In this document: positions 29,235 to 37,902 of the stretch, in pieces
How the letters are laid out: each line of letters opens with the position of its first letter
Numbering within the stretch: the stretch's first letter is position 1
Virus record (IMG/VR): IMGVR_UViG_2834917809_000007
Span: 1-64,000 of that record
DNA from: a virus
Lineage: Duplodnaviria; Caudoviricetes
Strand: one strand, 5' to 3'
Length of the DNA stretch: 64,000 nt
Notes under the pieces: model-generated
Databases searched by the model: none
Told to the model about the DNA's origin: nothing
The model's input: the letters and a program-made list of their open reading frames with translations, nothing else
Position numbers and translations under genes: made by a program

Positions 29235-29249
29235 ATGAATGCACCTTTT

Positions 29250-29273
29250 GCCCGCCAATGCGCGGGCTTTTTT
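29250..29273 (+). terminator. Rho-independent terminator of tail operon
   Basis: GCCCGC-CAATGC-GCGGGC-TTTTTT. Confidence 0.8.
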
Positions 29274-29399
29274 ACGTCCTCTTACCAGACACACCAGAAC
29301 GCGCCCTGAGCGCATCAGCAGACAACCCGCCCGCACGTAACACCCCGAAACGATCAGAGGCACGCTGTAGCGCTGGCGCAGCGGCGCAGCCACAAAATA

Positions 29400-29760
29400 A
29401 ACGTGTCGCAGACAAAAACGGCACTACACCGCACCCGCCTGCGGTTTTTGGATCGTATAAATTTTTCAGTTTTATTTTTCTACAAACCAGACCGCCAGCC
29501 CGCGCCACGACTGGCGGCTTGCCGGAAAACCGAAACTGAAAACATTGAAAAGAATTTCACTTTTTTTCAGTAAAAAGGATCTGCGGAGGATCGGTTAAAT
29601 TTCATAACCGTCAGAAAAATAGAGGAAAAATAAATTTTACGTGGCTATGGGTAGATCGTTTGTGTGATAAGCGCCGGAGCAACGTTTACAGGCAAGGCCA
29701 GAGCTGGCGCGGCTTAGAGAGTTTCAGGTTAAAAACAGAGAACTGAAAAAGCCGCTTTAG
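29400..29760. other. Candidate cos/packaging region of prophage 1
   Basis: Non-coding between tail genes and attR, as I recall for HP1; GGATC repeats and a GCCAG..CTGGC dyad like those near the prophage 2 cos; cut site not identified. Confidence 0.45.
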
Positions 29761-29766
29761 AATATA

Positions 29767-29782
29767 CTGTGAAAATATACAG
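29767..29782. promoter_or_regulatory. LexA (SOS) box
   Basis: CTGT-GAAAATAT-ACAG, 16 bp upstream of ATG 29799. Confidence 0.75.
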
Positions 29783-29798
29783 CATCAAAGGAGGGTGC

Positions 29799-30122
29799 AT
29801 GCGGTACATATCCATCAACGGGGCGGTTTTCATTTTCCTGCAGCGGGGCGAAAAGTTGAAAGAGAACGAAGGGCTACCGCTGAACGGCTTTCCCGATCGT
29901 CGCTATGTTTTATGGCCACGCGGCGATTACTGGGACGTTCGGGAGAAAGTGTTTCAGTTCGGGGGAATGAGCTGGGAGCCTATTGCGAATGAACCCTTTC
30001 CCGATGAAAGTGCAGCCTGGCTAACAGCCTATGCTCACTGGATGGGAATTTCAGGAGTACAGCCATCGCATAAATCAAAATATGCCTGCGACACTTTTGC
30101 GACACTCACGACGGTTAAATAA
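29799..30122 (+). CDS. Hypothetical protein, probably SOS-inducible
   Basis: GGAGGG RBS; 107 aa, Trp-rich; no family recognised. Confidence 0.65.
   Translation: MRYISINGAVFIFLQRGEKLKENEGLPLNGFPDRRYVLWPRGDYWDVREKVFQFGGMSWEPIANEPFPDESAAWLTAYAHWMGISGVQPSHKSKYACDTFATLTTVK
30086..30104. repeat. Integrase arm-type site of prophage 1 (right arm)
   Basis: Identical to 9-27. Confidence 0.8.
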
Positions 30123-30148
30123 AAAAGCCACCCCGCGGAAGGTGGCTT
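30119..30148 (-). terminator. Terminator supplied by prophage 1 downstream of the tRNA 3' end
   Basis: GCCACC/GGTGGC stem then T-run on the minus strand. Confidence 0.8.
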
Positions 30149-30174
30149 AATTGATTGATTCTATTGTGAAAATT

Positions 30175-30221
30175 TGGTGGCCCCTGCTGGACTTGAACCA
30201 GCGACCAAGCGATTATGAGTC
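30175..30221 (-). repeat. att site: 3' 47 nt of tRNA-Ile2(CAU), ileX type (fragment)
   Basis: Reverse complement GACTCATAATCGCTTGGTCGCTGGTTCAAGTCCAGCAGGGGCCACCA; no D arm or 5' acceptor strand upstream. Confidence 0.93.
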
Positions 30222-30347
30222 ATGGAATTGCCATGTTTCCACATGTTCTCCATTGTCGCTATTTGTATTATTTATTAATTAAAATCAGTGTGTTGCGATG
30301 TTTGTTTTGTTTCTGTTTGGCTACGGAGGTTCACCGTTGTACTATCC

Positions 30348-30393
30348 TTACCTGACCCATTACCTGACCCGAAATTGGCATTGGGTCAGGTAA
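30348..30393. repeat. Island integrase arm sites: two direct TTACCTGACCC plus one inverted copy
   Basis: 30348-58 and 30360-70 direct, 30383-93 inverted; same tandem at 47890-47912. Confidence 0.85.
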
Positions 30394-30418
30394 CACTTAC
30401 CCTCAGAAAGGAAGATGT

Positions 30419-31735
30419 ATGGCCGCTAATCTTACCGAGACCGCTATACGTGGTTTGAAGACAAAGGACACTTCGTACTACGTATGGAGCAACAGTGCTC
30501 AACGTGGTACGGGCAGACTTGGCGTTAAGGTTCAGCCTTCTGGCAGCAAGGTGTTTTACTTCCGCTATTACGTTGATAAAGGAAAGAAAGAGAAATTCAT
30601 CCAGTTAGGCATCTGGCCTGAGATGAAGCTGGTGACAGCCAACGAGCTGGCGAAAAAGTATGGAGCCTGGCTTGTTGAAGGAAAAAATCCTCAGCAAGAG
30701 CTTGAGCAACAACGGCTGGCCGAACAACACCTCATGCAGCTCCATCGGTCTCAGGGATCGTTTGAAGAACTGGTGCATGGCTACGTTAACAAGATGAAGC
30801 TCGACAGCAAGCGAACCTGGGCTGATGTACTGAAGCGTCTTGAAAAAGAGTGTTACTCGATAATCCCTCGCGAAACTAAAGCGAAGGATGTGACGCCACT
30901 GCAGATCAAGACCATCCTCTCAGGTATTATCCAACGTGATGCGGTGGTCCATGCGAACCGAATTCGTTCATACCTGATGGCGGCATTTAACTACGGTCTG
31001 AAAGCCGATAACGATCCGATGAATACCAGCGTGGGTATTACGTTCGGTCTTGAGGTTAACCCAGTATCGGCCATACCGAAGCAGTCTTCGGCGGAAAAAG
31101 TGGGTGATACATGGTTAACGCTGGAACAGCTTCGTTTTGTCATGGAGCATTTCGCAGAGGCAACCAACGTTGGTCCGCTGATGCAACATTTAATCCGTTT
31201 CTGCGTGTATGCTGGTGGGCAGCGTCCGTTCGAAATGATTGCCAGCCGGTGGAGTGCGATTGACTGGCAGCAAAAAACACTGCTGGTTATTGCTGATGTA
31301 TCGAAAAACAAGCGTGAGCATCTGGTCCCACTTACGGAATCGGCGCTAGCAGAGTTGACCTTTGTAAAAGAGTTAATGAAGGAAAGTAGTAGTCCCTATA
31401 TCTTCCCACTCTCGACAGACGGAGAGCGGCCAGTACGTACTGATAGCCTGGCGCGGTCCATCATGTATTTCCGCGCGTTCAATCCGGAGTTTAAGGGTTT
31501 CACCGCTCGCGATTTGCGGCGCACCTGTAAGACTTTGATGGGGGAAGCAGGAATCAGCAAAGAGGTCCGTGACCGTATCCAGAATCATGCTTTGAATGAT
31601 GTCAGCTCGAAACACTATGATCGCTATGATTATCTGACTGAAAAGCGTAGAGCGCTTGAGATCTGGGAAGACATGATTAACAACTATCAGCGGCAGCAAG
31701 AAAACAACGTTGTGAACCTGTTTGGGCGGAAGTAG
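30419..31735 (+). CDS. int: Tyrosine integrase with N-terminal arm-binding domain (P4/island type)
   Basis: GRLGVKVQPSGSKVF.FRY; GQRPFE; RDLRRT..T.M...IQNH...HYDRYDY. Confidence 0.95.
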   Translation: MAANLTETAIRGLKTKDTSYYVWSNSAQRGTGRLGVKVQPSGSKVFYFRYYVDKGKKEKFIQLGIWPEMKLVTANELAKKYGAWLVEGKNPQQELEQQRLAEQHLMQLHRSQGSFEELVHGYVNKMKLDSKRTWADVLKRLEKECYSIIPRETKAKDVTPLQIKTILSGIIQRDAVVHANRIRSYLMAAFNYGLKADNDPMNTSVGITFGLEVNPVSAIPKQSSAEKVGDTWLTLEQLRFVMEHFAEATNVGPLMQHLIRFCVYAGGQRPFEMIASRWSAIDWQQKTLLVIADVSKNKREHLVPLTESALAELTFVKELMKESSSPYIFPLSTDGERPVRTDSLARSIMYFRAFNPEFKGFTARDLRRTCKTLMGEAGISKEVRDRIQNHALNDVSSKHYDRYDYLTEKRRALEIWEDMINNYQRQQENNVVNLFGRK

Positions 31736-31901
31736 CATTTAGCTGCTAGGTAAGAAAGTGGTGAGGCTGGCGTTCCCAGCGGCATCAAAAAATAGACGAT
31801 GCCGCCTGAGCTGTCACGTCTAACAAATGGCAGAAAACTGAATGGGGCACCGGCTCTTACTTTTTGCGCAGGCACCCCGATTAATATCACGCCAGGTAAT
31901 A

Positions 31902-32543
31902 CTATTTTTCTGGTAGCACGAACCGAACCTCAATGCGCCGCTGACGTGCATCTTCTGGCGCAACACCGGGAATAGGCTGTGAGTCACCGTATCCGGCAAC
32001 AATTACCCGACGTGCAAAAGCCGGAGCAAGATCGCCAACGATAAATTTACGCGCCTCTCTTGCACGAGCTGCCGATAAGGTAAAATTATCGTCATAGACA
32101 GTGCAGAAAACTTCAAAGTTCGTCACTGGACGGGTAACAGGAAGATTATCCGTATACCCTTCGATATAAACTTGTCCGCTTGTAAATTCGCTCAAAAATC
32201 TGACAACCTGTGTTTCAATCGTCGCTAATGCCTGACTTGCCTGAGATGCAATACATGCACTGCCACGGTTGAAAACCCCATCGCGCAACGTAATTTTTTG
32301 CGAGTTGACATCCAGCGCCACTAAGCCTTCATTCGCTGTCCCATCAAGGGTGTTTTTAATACTTCCCAACATCTCACCCACCCTGGCCCGCTGGGTATTG
32401 ATTCCCTGCTCCATTTCCTGCTTATGCTTAATATCCGACCATGTTTTCTGTAGTACCGACATCACCAGCAGCAACATTACTACAGCCATCACTCCTGACA
32501 TCAAGTCGGAGATCGAGACCCACTCATTAGGTTTATCTTTCAT
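31902..32543 (-). CDS. ZorB-like protein (TM helix + OmpA/MotB peptidoglycan-binding domain)
   Basis: WVSISDLMSGVMAVVMLLLV with membrane Asp; IEGYTD, N.TLSAARA, GYGDSQP, RRIEVRF. Confidence 0.85.
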   Translation of the reverse strand: MKDKPNEWVSISDLMSGVMAVVMLLLVMSVLQKTWSDIKHKQEMEQGINTQRARVGEMLGSIKNTLDGTANEGLVALDVNSQKITLRDGVFNRGSACIASQASQALATIETQVVRFLSEFTSGQVYIEGYTDNLPVTRPVTNFEVFCTVYDDNFTLSAARAREARKFIVGDLAPAFARRVIVAGYGDSQPIPGVAPEDARQRRIEVRFVLPEK

Positions 32544-32554
32544 AAGTGAGAGCC

Positions 32555-34507
32555 TCAGGCTGCATCATTAACAATGTTCATTGCCGATAGCGTTTGATCG
32601 ATATGTTTCAATGTCACAGTAAGTGGTGTCAGGCTTTGTTCAATTTGCTGAACGACCAGGTTCCGTTCCGGTGATGACAGCGTTGTACGAATCCCCTCCA
32701 GCTCTTTCAGAGAACGGTTCAATCTGTCATCGAGCGAAGAAAGTGCGGTTGATGCATCTGCATTACTCAGCATTTCATTACGCAATGATTCAATACTGTG
32801 CACCAGTTTACCAACGCCCGCAGTGATAATGTCCATTTTTGGTTGAAGAGGGCTCTCCTTCTGCATGAGCTGAAGTTGATTCACTAGCGCTTCAATAGCA
32901 TCTGCATTTCTTTCGCCTGATGTCGTCATTTCTGCATAACGGTTATTCAGACTAGCAACCTGTCGATTGCTGCTGGACACAGCGGTTAGACCGTTAACGA
33001 TTTGCTCGCGCAGGTCATCCACCAGTCTCGTCATAGCGATAACTTTTTCGTTCAAGGTTTCACTGGTGATCATAAATTCACGCTGTGCATCACGCTGAGT
33101 TTTCATCGATTGATCGATAGAAACTCGTACTTCACTCATTGTCGTGCCAACATTTTTAGACAGGTCGGTAACCGCGCTGGAAATGCCGTCCGTAGCGTTT
33201 GCCATACTTGCGGAAATCGATTCCATATTCTGGCTAAAACTTTCGCCCATCTGGGAGATGGTGGAACCAAGATCGGTTTTAACTGTGCCTAGCATGTCGG
33301 TAATGCCCGTACGGAAATCACCAATAACCTGTTGCAAATCACCTGCGGAATCACCCATTTCTTGTGCCGCCGATGACATTTTTTCGGCTGAATGTTGAAT
33401 GGCGGACAGGTTGCTACTGTTGGTATCAATAAAGTGTTGTAACGATTCTCGGGTGGTCGTTAACTCTGCTACCTGTTGTTGCCCTTGCACTGACTGATCT
33501 TCGGCTGCCTTAGCAATATCGTTTTGAATTTCATGTAAGAGATCTTGCAGTTTTACCAACTGCTTATTTTGGATAATACGCTGTTGTTCAGCGTCATCAC
33601 CCTGATCAGCAATCTTCATATAGAATGCGGCTATCTCTACATGCTGCGAATGGTTAGCCTGCCGGGAGTTTTCGCTTTCCTCACGAATATTGCTGCTTAG
33701 GTGTTGCAATCCCTCCATCTGTTGCTGTTGAGTGCTGCGGGATATATCAGCCAATTGCACCAGATGTGCTTCATGTAACTTGCTCTGCTGAGCAGCGGTT
33801 TTACCCTGATCAATCAAAGTTTGTAAAAACGACTCCATACCTGAAGAGAACTTGCTAAGTAACTGCCGTGTGGCTTCGCTTTCCACCTGCATTCTATCGT
33901 TCAAACCCTGTAATGCTGTCAGATACTGCAATTGGGTCTCTTCATGTTCAGCACGCTTTTGCTCTCGTGACTGGTCGAACACTTGTTTCATCTGCTGTGC
34001 GCACCAGCGCAAGCGCTTTTCGTCATATCCTAACCCAGCAGAACAGGCTTTAAGGATCAGATACGCCATGATCCCCCATGTGGACGTTTTAAATTTCGTC
34101 CCCAGCCCTTCCATCATCCCCATCAGATTCGACATGGCGTTATCCATGCCTGCTGAGTTAGCATCAATCAAAATATCCGATGCTTTATTAAGCGCAATTC
34201 CCAGACCGAGAAAGGTGCCTAGCAACCCTAAAATTAACAAAATGCCCGGCATAATGTCGGCCATTTTTTCTGCTGGACTGGCAACTGCTGCGCTGATTTC
34301 GTTGACTGAACCATGTTCAACATCGAGATGGTCTGCCCCATTATTCAGTGCATCACCTTGCCATTTTTTGTCCCAAAAGCGCTGATTTGCCTGCCAGAGC
34401 AATAAACCAATCGTCAGTAGAACCAAAAAAAGCATTGTGCCGCCAAACAGCATCTGTATGACGTCGAATTCCGGCAGTATAAAGGCAAAAAACTCGTGAA
34501 ACGTCAT
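32555..34507 (-). CDS. ZorA-like protein (MotA-like 3-TM channel + about 480-aa coiled-coil tail)
   Basis: PGILLILGLLGTFLGL and KFKTSTWGI motifs; heptad-rich tail; adjacent to ZorB-like gene. Confidence 0.82.
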   Translation of the reverse strand: MTFHEFFAFILPEFDVIQMLFGGTMLFLVLLTIGLLLWQANQRFWDKKWQGDALNNGADHLDVEHGSVNEISAAVASPAEKMADIMPGILLILGLLGTFLGLGIALNKASDILIDANSAGMDNAMSNLMGMMEGLGTKFKTSTWGIMAYLILKACSAGLGYDEKRLRWCAQQMKQVFDQSREQKRAEHEETQLQYLTALQGLNDRMQVESEATRQLLSKFSSGMESFLQTLIDQGKTAAQQSKLHEAHLVQLADISRSTQQQQMEGLQHLSSNIREESENSRQANHSQHVEIAAFYMKIADQGDDAEQQRIIQNKQLVKLQDLLHEIQNDIAKAAEDQSVQGQQQVAELTTTRESLQHFIDTNSSNLSAIQHSAEKMSSAAQEMGDSAGDLQQVIGDFRTGITDMLGTVKTDLGSTISQMGESFSQNMESISASMANATDGISSAVTDLSKNVGTTMSEVRVSIDQSMKTQRDAQREFMITSETLNEKVIAMTRLVDDLREQIVNGLTAVSSSNRQVASLNNRYAEMTTSGERNADAIEALVNQLQLMQKESPLQPKMDIITAGVGKLVHSIESLRNEMLSNADASTALSSLDDRLNRSLKELEGIRTTLSSPERNLVVQQIEQSLTPLTVTLKHIDQTLSAMNIVNDAA

Positions 34508-35775
34508 GCTGCCACCTCGACAAGCTGGCTTGCACGCGCGCGACTGGCTTTTTCAAAGATATTGGCAAAATCGATAATTAAACTTTGTTGCTCGGAATTA
34601 AGTTCTTCCCAATGCTTACCAAACTGAGCACACTCAATAATAATCATTCCAACCGCATTGCTGTCTTCCATCAAATATTCCTGACCTGCAAACGCCTCTG
34701 GTTCCTTTTCCAGCATTTGCAGAAACCCTTCAGCGGCAAAAACATAGTTACGCATTTCATTGGTGCGTTTGCGTTTTGCTTCCATCTCAGCCTGCTGCAC
34801 TGGTAAACGAGCTTCTAACTCATTGAGCATTGGTACTTCATCTTCCTGAAGATCACCAAGGCGCTGGCCAATCTGTAGACGTCGCAGGAGTACTTGCTCT
34901 TTGGACAGACCGTCATTCAGCGATTTCCATTCATTTTCCATATCCTGCAGGTTATACCCCCAGGCCATTATCATTTCTTCGAACACGAAGGGGATGAGTT
35001 TCTTACCAAAACGCGCCATCACAACGCGATCCAGGCGTTGCGTTGCGTCATCGCTCAACTGAGGGTTGGGCTTTAGCAATTCGTTCCCGGTTTCAATAAG
35101 AAACAGGTCGTCATCGGTGATCGTATCAATGTCCTGCGCACGCGTAAGATGTTGCTCAGTATCTTTTAATAACTTCTGCGACGCGCGTAACCGCAGATAA
35201 TGTTCGAAATCATTGATCTGAATATTATCCAGAACGTCCTTAATACGCGTTGAGAGTTGGGCATATAAGGTAATCAGACTCGCCAGGTCAACAGCACTCG
35301 CTGCTTCTCCGCGCATCTGATTACGTGCTTCGCGTAGTACTTGCTCATGCTCTTTGGCTTCATCCATTTCTTCTGGGGTAAGAAACAACTCTTTAAGTTG
35401 TTTGGCTTTATTAATTGCCCACTCAATGGCCTTACCAATACGTTTCGCCAGGTCACTCTTATCCCATTCGACCAGCAGCCCCAACGCTTTATCCAGCGCT
35501 TTCAAAGCACCACCCACCCACGGGAATTGTGGCAACATCTTTTCAGCTAATTTTGCTGCGTTTTGCACAATAGGGCGAATCACATTACTGATAAATGGCT
35601 TCACCTTTTCCCAGACGCTCTTTACGCTTCCAACAAAGGTCTCCGCTTTCTCTGCCATCCAGGAAACAGTTTTAGCTGCTGTTTCTTTAACACCGTCCCA
35701 TACCCGGCTGACTGTGCTTGTCACTGCACTTGCTACGCTGCTGCAAAAACTGCCGACACTTGACCAGAAACCCAT
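34504..35775 (-). CDS. Uncharacterised all-helical protein with N-terminal amphipathic segment
   Basis: MGFWSSVGSFCSSVAS...VWDGVKE..VSWMAE..VWEKVKPFI; stop overlaps ZorA-like start (ATGA). Confidence 0.85.
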   Translation of the reverse strand: MGFWSSVGSFCSSVASAVTSTVSRVWDGVKETAAKTVSWMAEKAETFVGSVKSVWEKVKPFISNVIRPIVQNAAKLAEKMLPQFPWVGGALKALDKALGLLVEWDKSDLAKRIGKAIEWAINKAKQLKELFLTPEEMDEAKEHEQVLREARNQMRGEAASAVDLASLITLYAQLSTRIKDVLDNIQINDFEHYLRLRASQKLLKDTEQHLTRAQDIDTITDDDLFLIETGNELLKPNPQLSDDATQRLDRVVMARFGKKLIPFVFEEMIMAWGYNLQDMENEWKSLNDGLSKEQVLLRRLQIGQRLGDLQEDEVPMLNELEARLPVQQAEMEAKRKRTNEMRNYVFAAEGFLQMLEKEPEAFAGQEYLMEDSNAVGMIIIECAQFGKHWEELNSEQQSLIIDFANIFEKASRARASQLVEVAA

Positions 35776-35793
35776 AATCTTCTCCTGTTGTTT

Positions 35794-36756
35794 TTATTGG
35801 ATACCTAATAATTTTTTTGCTGTGTTGACTTCACTGGCTGTACGTCCCGAATGATTGGCTACTGCTTGATGGGAGGCTAATACCTGTTCTATCGCACTCC
35901 GTAAGTGAGCGACGTTAAGTTGTGCAGCCTCTCCGGTGCGTTCCGCTTCTAGCAGCACTTTAGGCAGTGCCAGACGCATACAGGTACGGATCTCTCGTCC
36001 TGCCAGCCCTTCGGATAGTTCGCTTGCGGCGGTGAGAAGACTTTCTCTTTCTTCTGCGAGCGGTATTTCAGGGACCAGAAATTTGTTCCAGAGTTGGTAG
36101 CGTGCAGTCAGGTCAGGAAGCGTAAATTCAACGTGATAGCCAATGCGGCTGCGGAACGCCTCATCATAGTTACGTGCGAAATTAGTCGCGAAAACCACAA
36201 TGCCGTCAAAACGCTCCAACTCGATCAGTAACGTAGAGCGCATCGCATTAACTTCATTATCAACGCCTTGTGTGACAGAGGAGAGTCGTTTCCCCAGTAA
36301 CGTGTCAGCTTCATCGAAAAAGAGCAGTGCTCCGGTATCCTTAGCCTGCGCGAAAGCAGCCTGGATATTTTTTGCCGTTTCTCCCATAAACTTGCTTTCT
36401 AGTTCTGCAATACCAAGAGCAATAAAGGGCATCCGTAACTGTCCAGCCAGTGCCTCGGCGCAAAGCGTTTTCCCGGTGCCGGGGGGGCCATAAAAATTCA
36501 ATATCGCTGTCGATCCCATAGGGTCAACAACTGAAAAATTCCATTCCTGATAGATAGTTTTATGAAAACGCAGACGAGCCATACATTCATCAAGAGATGA
36601 TCGGGTGCTCTTGGACAAAATGACATCGTTATCGAGAGTAAATCTTGGATCTTTCAGTATATTTTTTTTTCCATCCTCGTCGCCATCTGACTGAGATAAC
36701 GACGGTCTTATCGGTGCCGAACCATTACTGTGTGTTGACATAAAATCGTCATCCAT
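35794..36756 (-). CDS. Single-domain classic-clade AAA+ ATPase
   Basis: GPPGTGKT, pore loop SKFMGET, LLFFDEAD, FATN, DEAFRSRI. Confidence 0.93.
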   Translation of the reverse strand: MDDDFMSTHSNGSAPIRPSLSQSDGDEDGKKNILKDPRFTLDNDVILSKSTRSSLDECMARLRFHKTIYQEWNFSVVDPMGSTAILNFYGPPGTGKTLCAEALAGQLRMPFIALGIAELESKFMGETAKNIQAAFAQAKDTGALLFFDEADTLLGKRLSSVTQGVDNEVNAMRSTLLIELERFDGIVVFATNFARNYDEAFRSRIGYHVEFTLPDLTARYQLWNKFLVPEIPLAEERESLLTAASELSEGLAGREIRTCMRLALPKVLLEAERTGEAAQLNVAHLRSAIEQVLASHQAVANHSGRTASEVNTAKKLLGIQ

Positions 36757-36807
36757 ATGGAGATATAAAATATCCGTTACAACCAGGGATAGTTTATCTC
36801 TGAAAAA

Positions 36808-36824
36808 ATTATCATATTGATAAT
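36808..36824. promoter_or_regulatory. Perfect 7-3-7 palindrome (Fur-box-like) upstream of the AAA-Zor operon
   Basis: ATTATCA-TAT-TGATAAT; AT-rich context weakens it. Confidence 0.35.
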
Positions 36825-37269
36825 CATTTAAAATATTCCTTTACGTGTTATCGGCCAGCGGGTTGGTCACTTGAGTAAAAATTTAAGAAAATGTAAAACT
36901 GCAGCGCTTAGACCAGTACGGCCTGCTAAGTTACGCTGGGAACGATAAGTTGGACGTAAAGACCAGACCTAGCAGCGCTGGTTTTGAGCTCATGAGTGCG
37001 TGGTAGCAGGGCATCATCAATGGCTGGGAGTAATGCCCCTTAGGGAGTCAACAGTTGGGGGCTGACTAATACAATCGCCCAGATCATTCGCAAAAAAATG
37101 CAACCGGTCGCGTCTTTCACATCCGGTGAAACGTGATCACTACGGCTAAAGCCAGTCACAGCAAGGGCTGGCAGGTGGGGATCATTTTTTGTATTGGTTT
37201 TTCAGTGGGTTTTGATGATCATTTTGGCAAATGATCCGCTTGTTTTCGCTCAGTAATTTACTTTCAACC

Positions 37270-37719
37270 CTATGATTTATTGGGCTTAAACATGGTTGCA
37301 GTAAGGCGTGACAGTGAGCGTTTATCCACTTTGATCTGCAGTAATTCGTAATCATTTTGCATTTTCAACCAGTGCTCGGGCGTTCCGCCTAATACATAGC
37401 TGAGCCGGACGGCGGTTTCTGCTGTGATCCGCGAGCTGCCGTACACCAGATAATGACAGGCTGAAAGGCTCATGTTCATCGCTCTGGCGAAAGTGGTCAG
37501 TGTGATTTCATTCAGGGCAAGAATTCCTCTGATTCTTTCTGCCGGGACAGGGCTTTGCAGATTTTCATAGCCTTGCATCCAGCGAGAGCAGGAGCGTAGT
37601 GCTCTGCGCTTAGCCTGGCGGGCCCGTTCGTAGGCATAATCAGTTGGCATGAAGAGGGTTCCATTTACAAGCGTGTTCTGGTGCCCAGCCTGGTCATCAG
37701 AAATGAGGTTTTGCGCCAT
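37270..37719 (-). CDS. HigA-like XRE HTH protein (orphan)
   Basis: ITLTTFARAM...ITAETAVRLS..LG.TPEHWLKMQNDYEL; start may be 37650. Confidence 0.75.
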   Translation of the reverse strand: MAQNLISDDQAGHQNTLVNGTLFMPTDYAYERARQAKRRALRSCSRWMQGYENLQSPVPAERIRGILALNEITLTTFARAMNMSLSACHYLVYGSSRITAETAVRLSYVLGGTPEHWLKMQNDYELLQIKVDKRSLSRLTATMFKPNKS

Positions 37720-37902
37720 TCTAACCTATAATCGAGGCGTACAGGGTGTGGGTAAAGCGCTCATTCAGCCCACCGTTCATTTCTTTGTCCTGTATCGTTT
37801 GCGATAGACCTCTTAGCGGGTATTATTTTGCGCACTGCATTCCAAAATTGAATTTTTGCCTCTGCACATTTGCAGTATGGCTGCGATCTCCCCGAGGGTT
37901 TC

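Larger units (their letters stand above)
1..30221. mobile_element. Prophage 1: HP1/K139-type P2-like (Peduoviridae) prophage; left att just outside the window, right att in the tRNA-Ile2 3' fragment
   Basis: Full int-cI-cox-cII-dam-repA-ogr-portal-terminase-capsid-tail-lysis gene set; HP1-type sheath/tube/holin; matching 19-bp arm repeat at both ends. Confidence 0.95.

Noticed and set aside
30175-30221. Functional tRNA gene (also 47971-48017)
   Set aside because: Only anticodon loop to CCA is present; no D arm or 5' acceptor strand, so these are att duplications
31779-31805. GCGGCATC/GATGCCGC hairpin as a special element
   Set aside because: Sits between convergent genes without a clear U-tract; probably an ordinary transcription stop or stabiliser
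31902-34507. Flagellar MotAB, TolQR/ExbBD or a methyl-accepting chemotaxis protein
   Set aside because: No flagellar or Ton context; the very long tail, the OmpA-domain partner and the defence-island location fit ZorAB better
36860-37080. Possible ncRNA or gene remnant upstream of the AAA gene
   Set aside because: No convincing stem set or ORF found by eye; needs an Infernal or BLAST search
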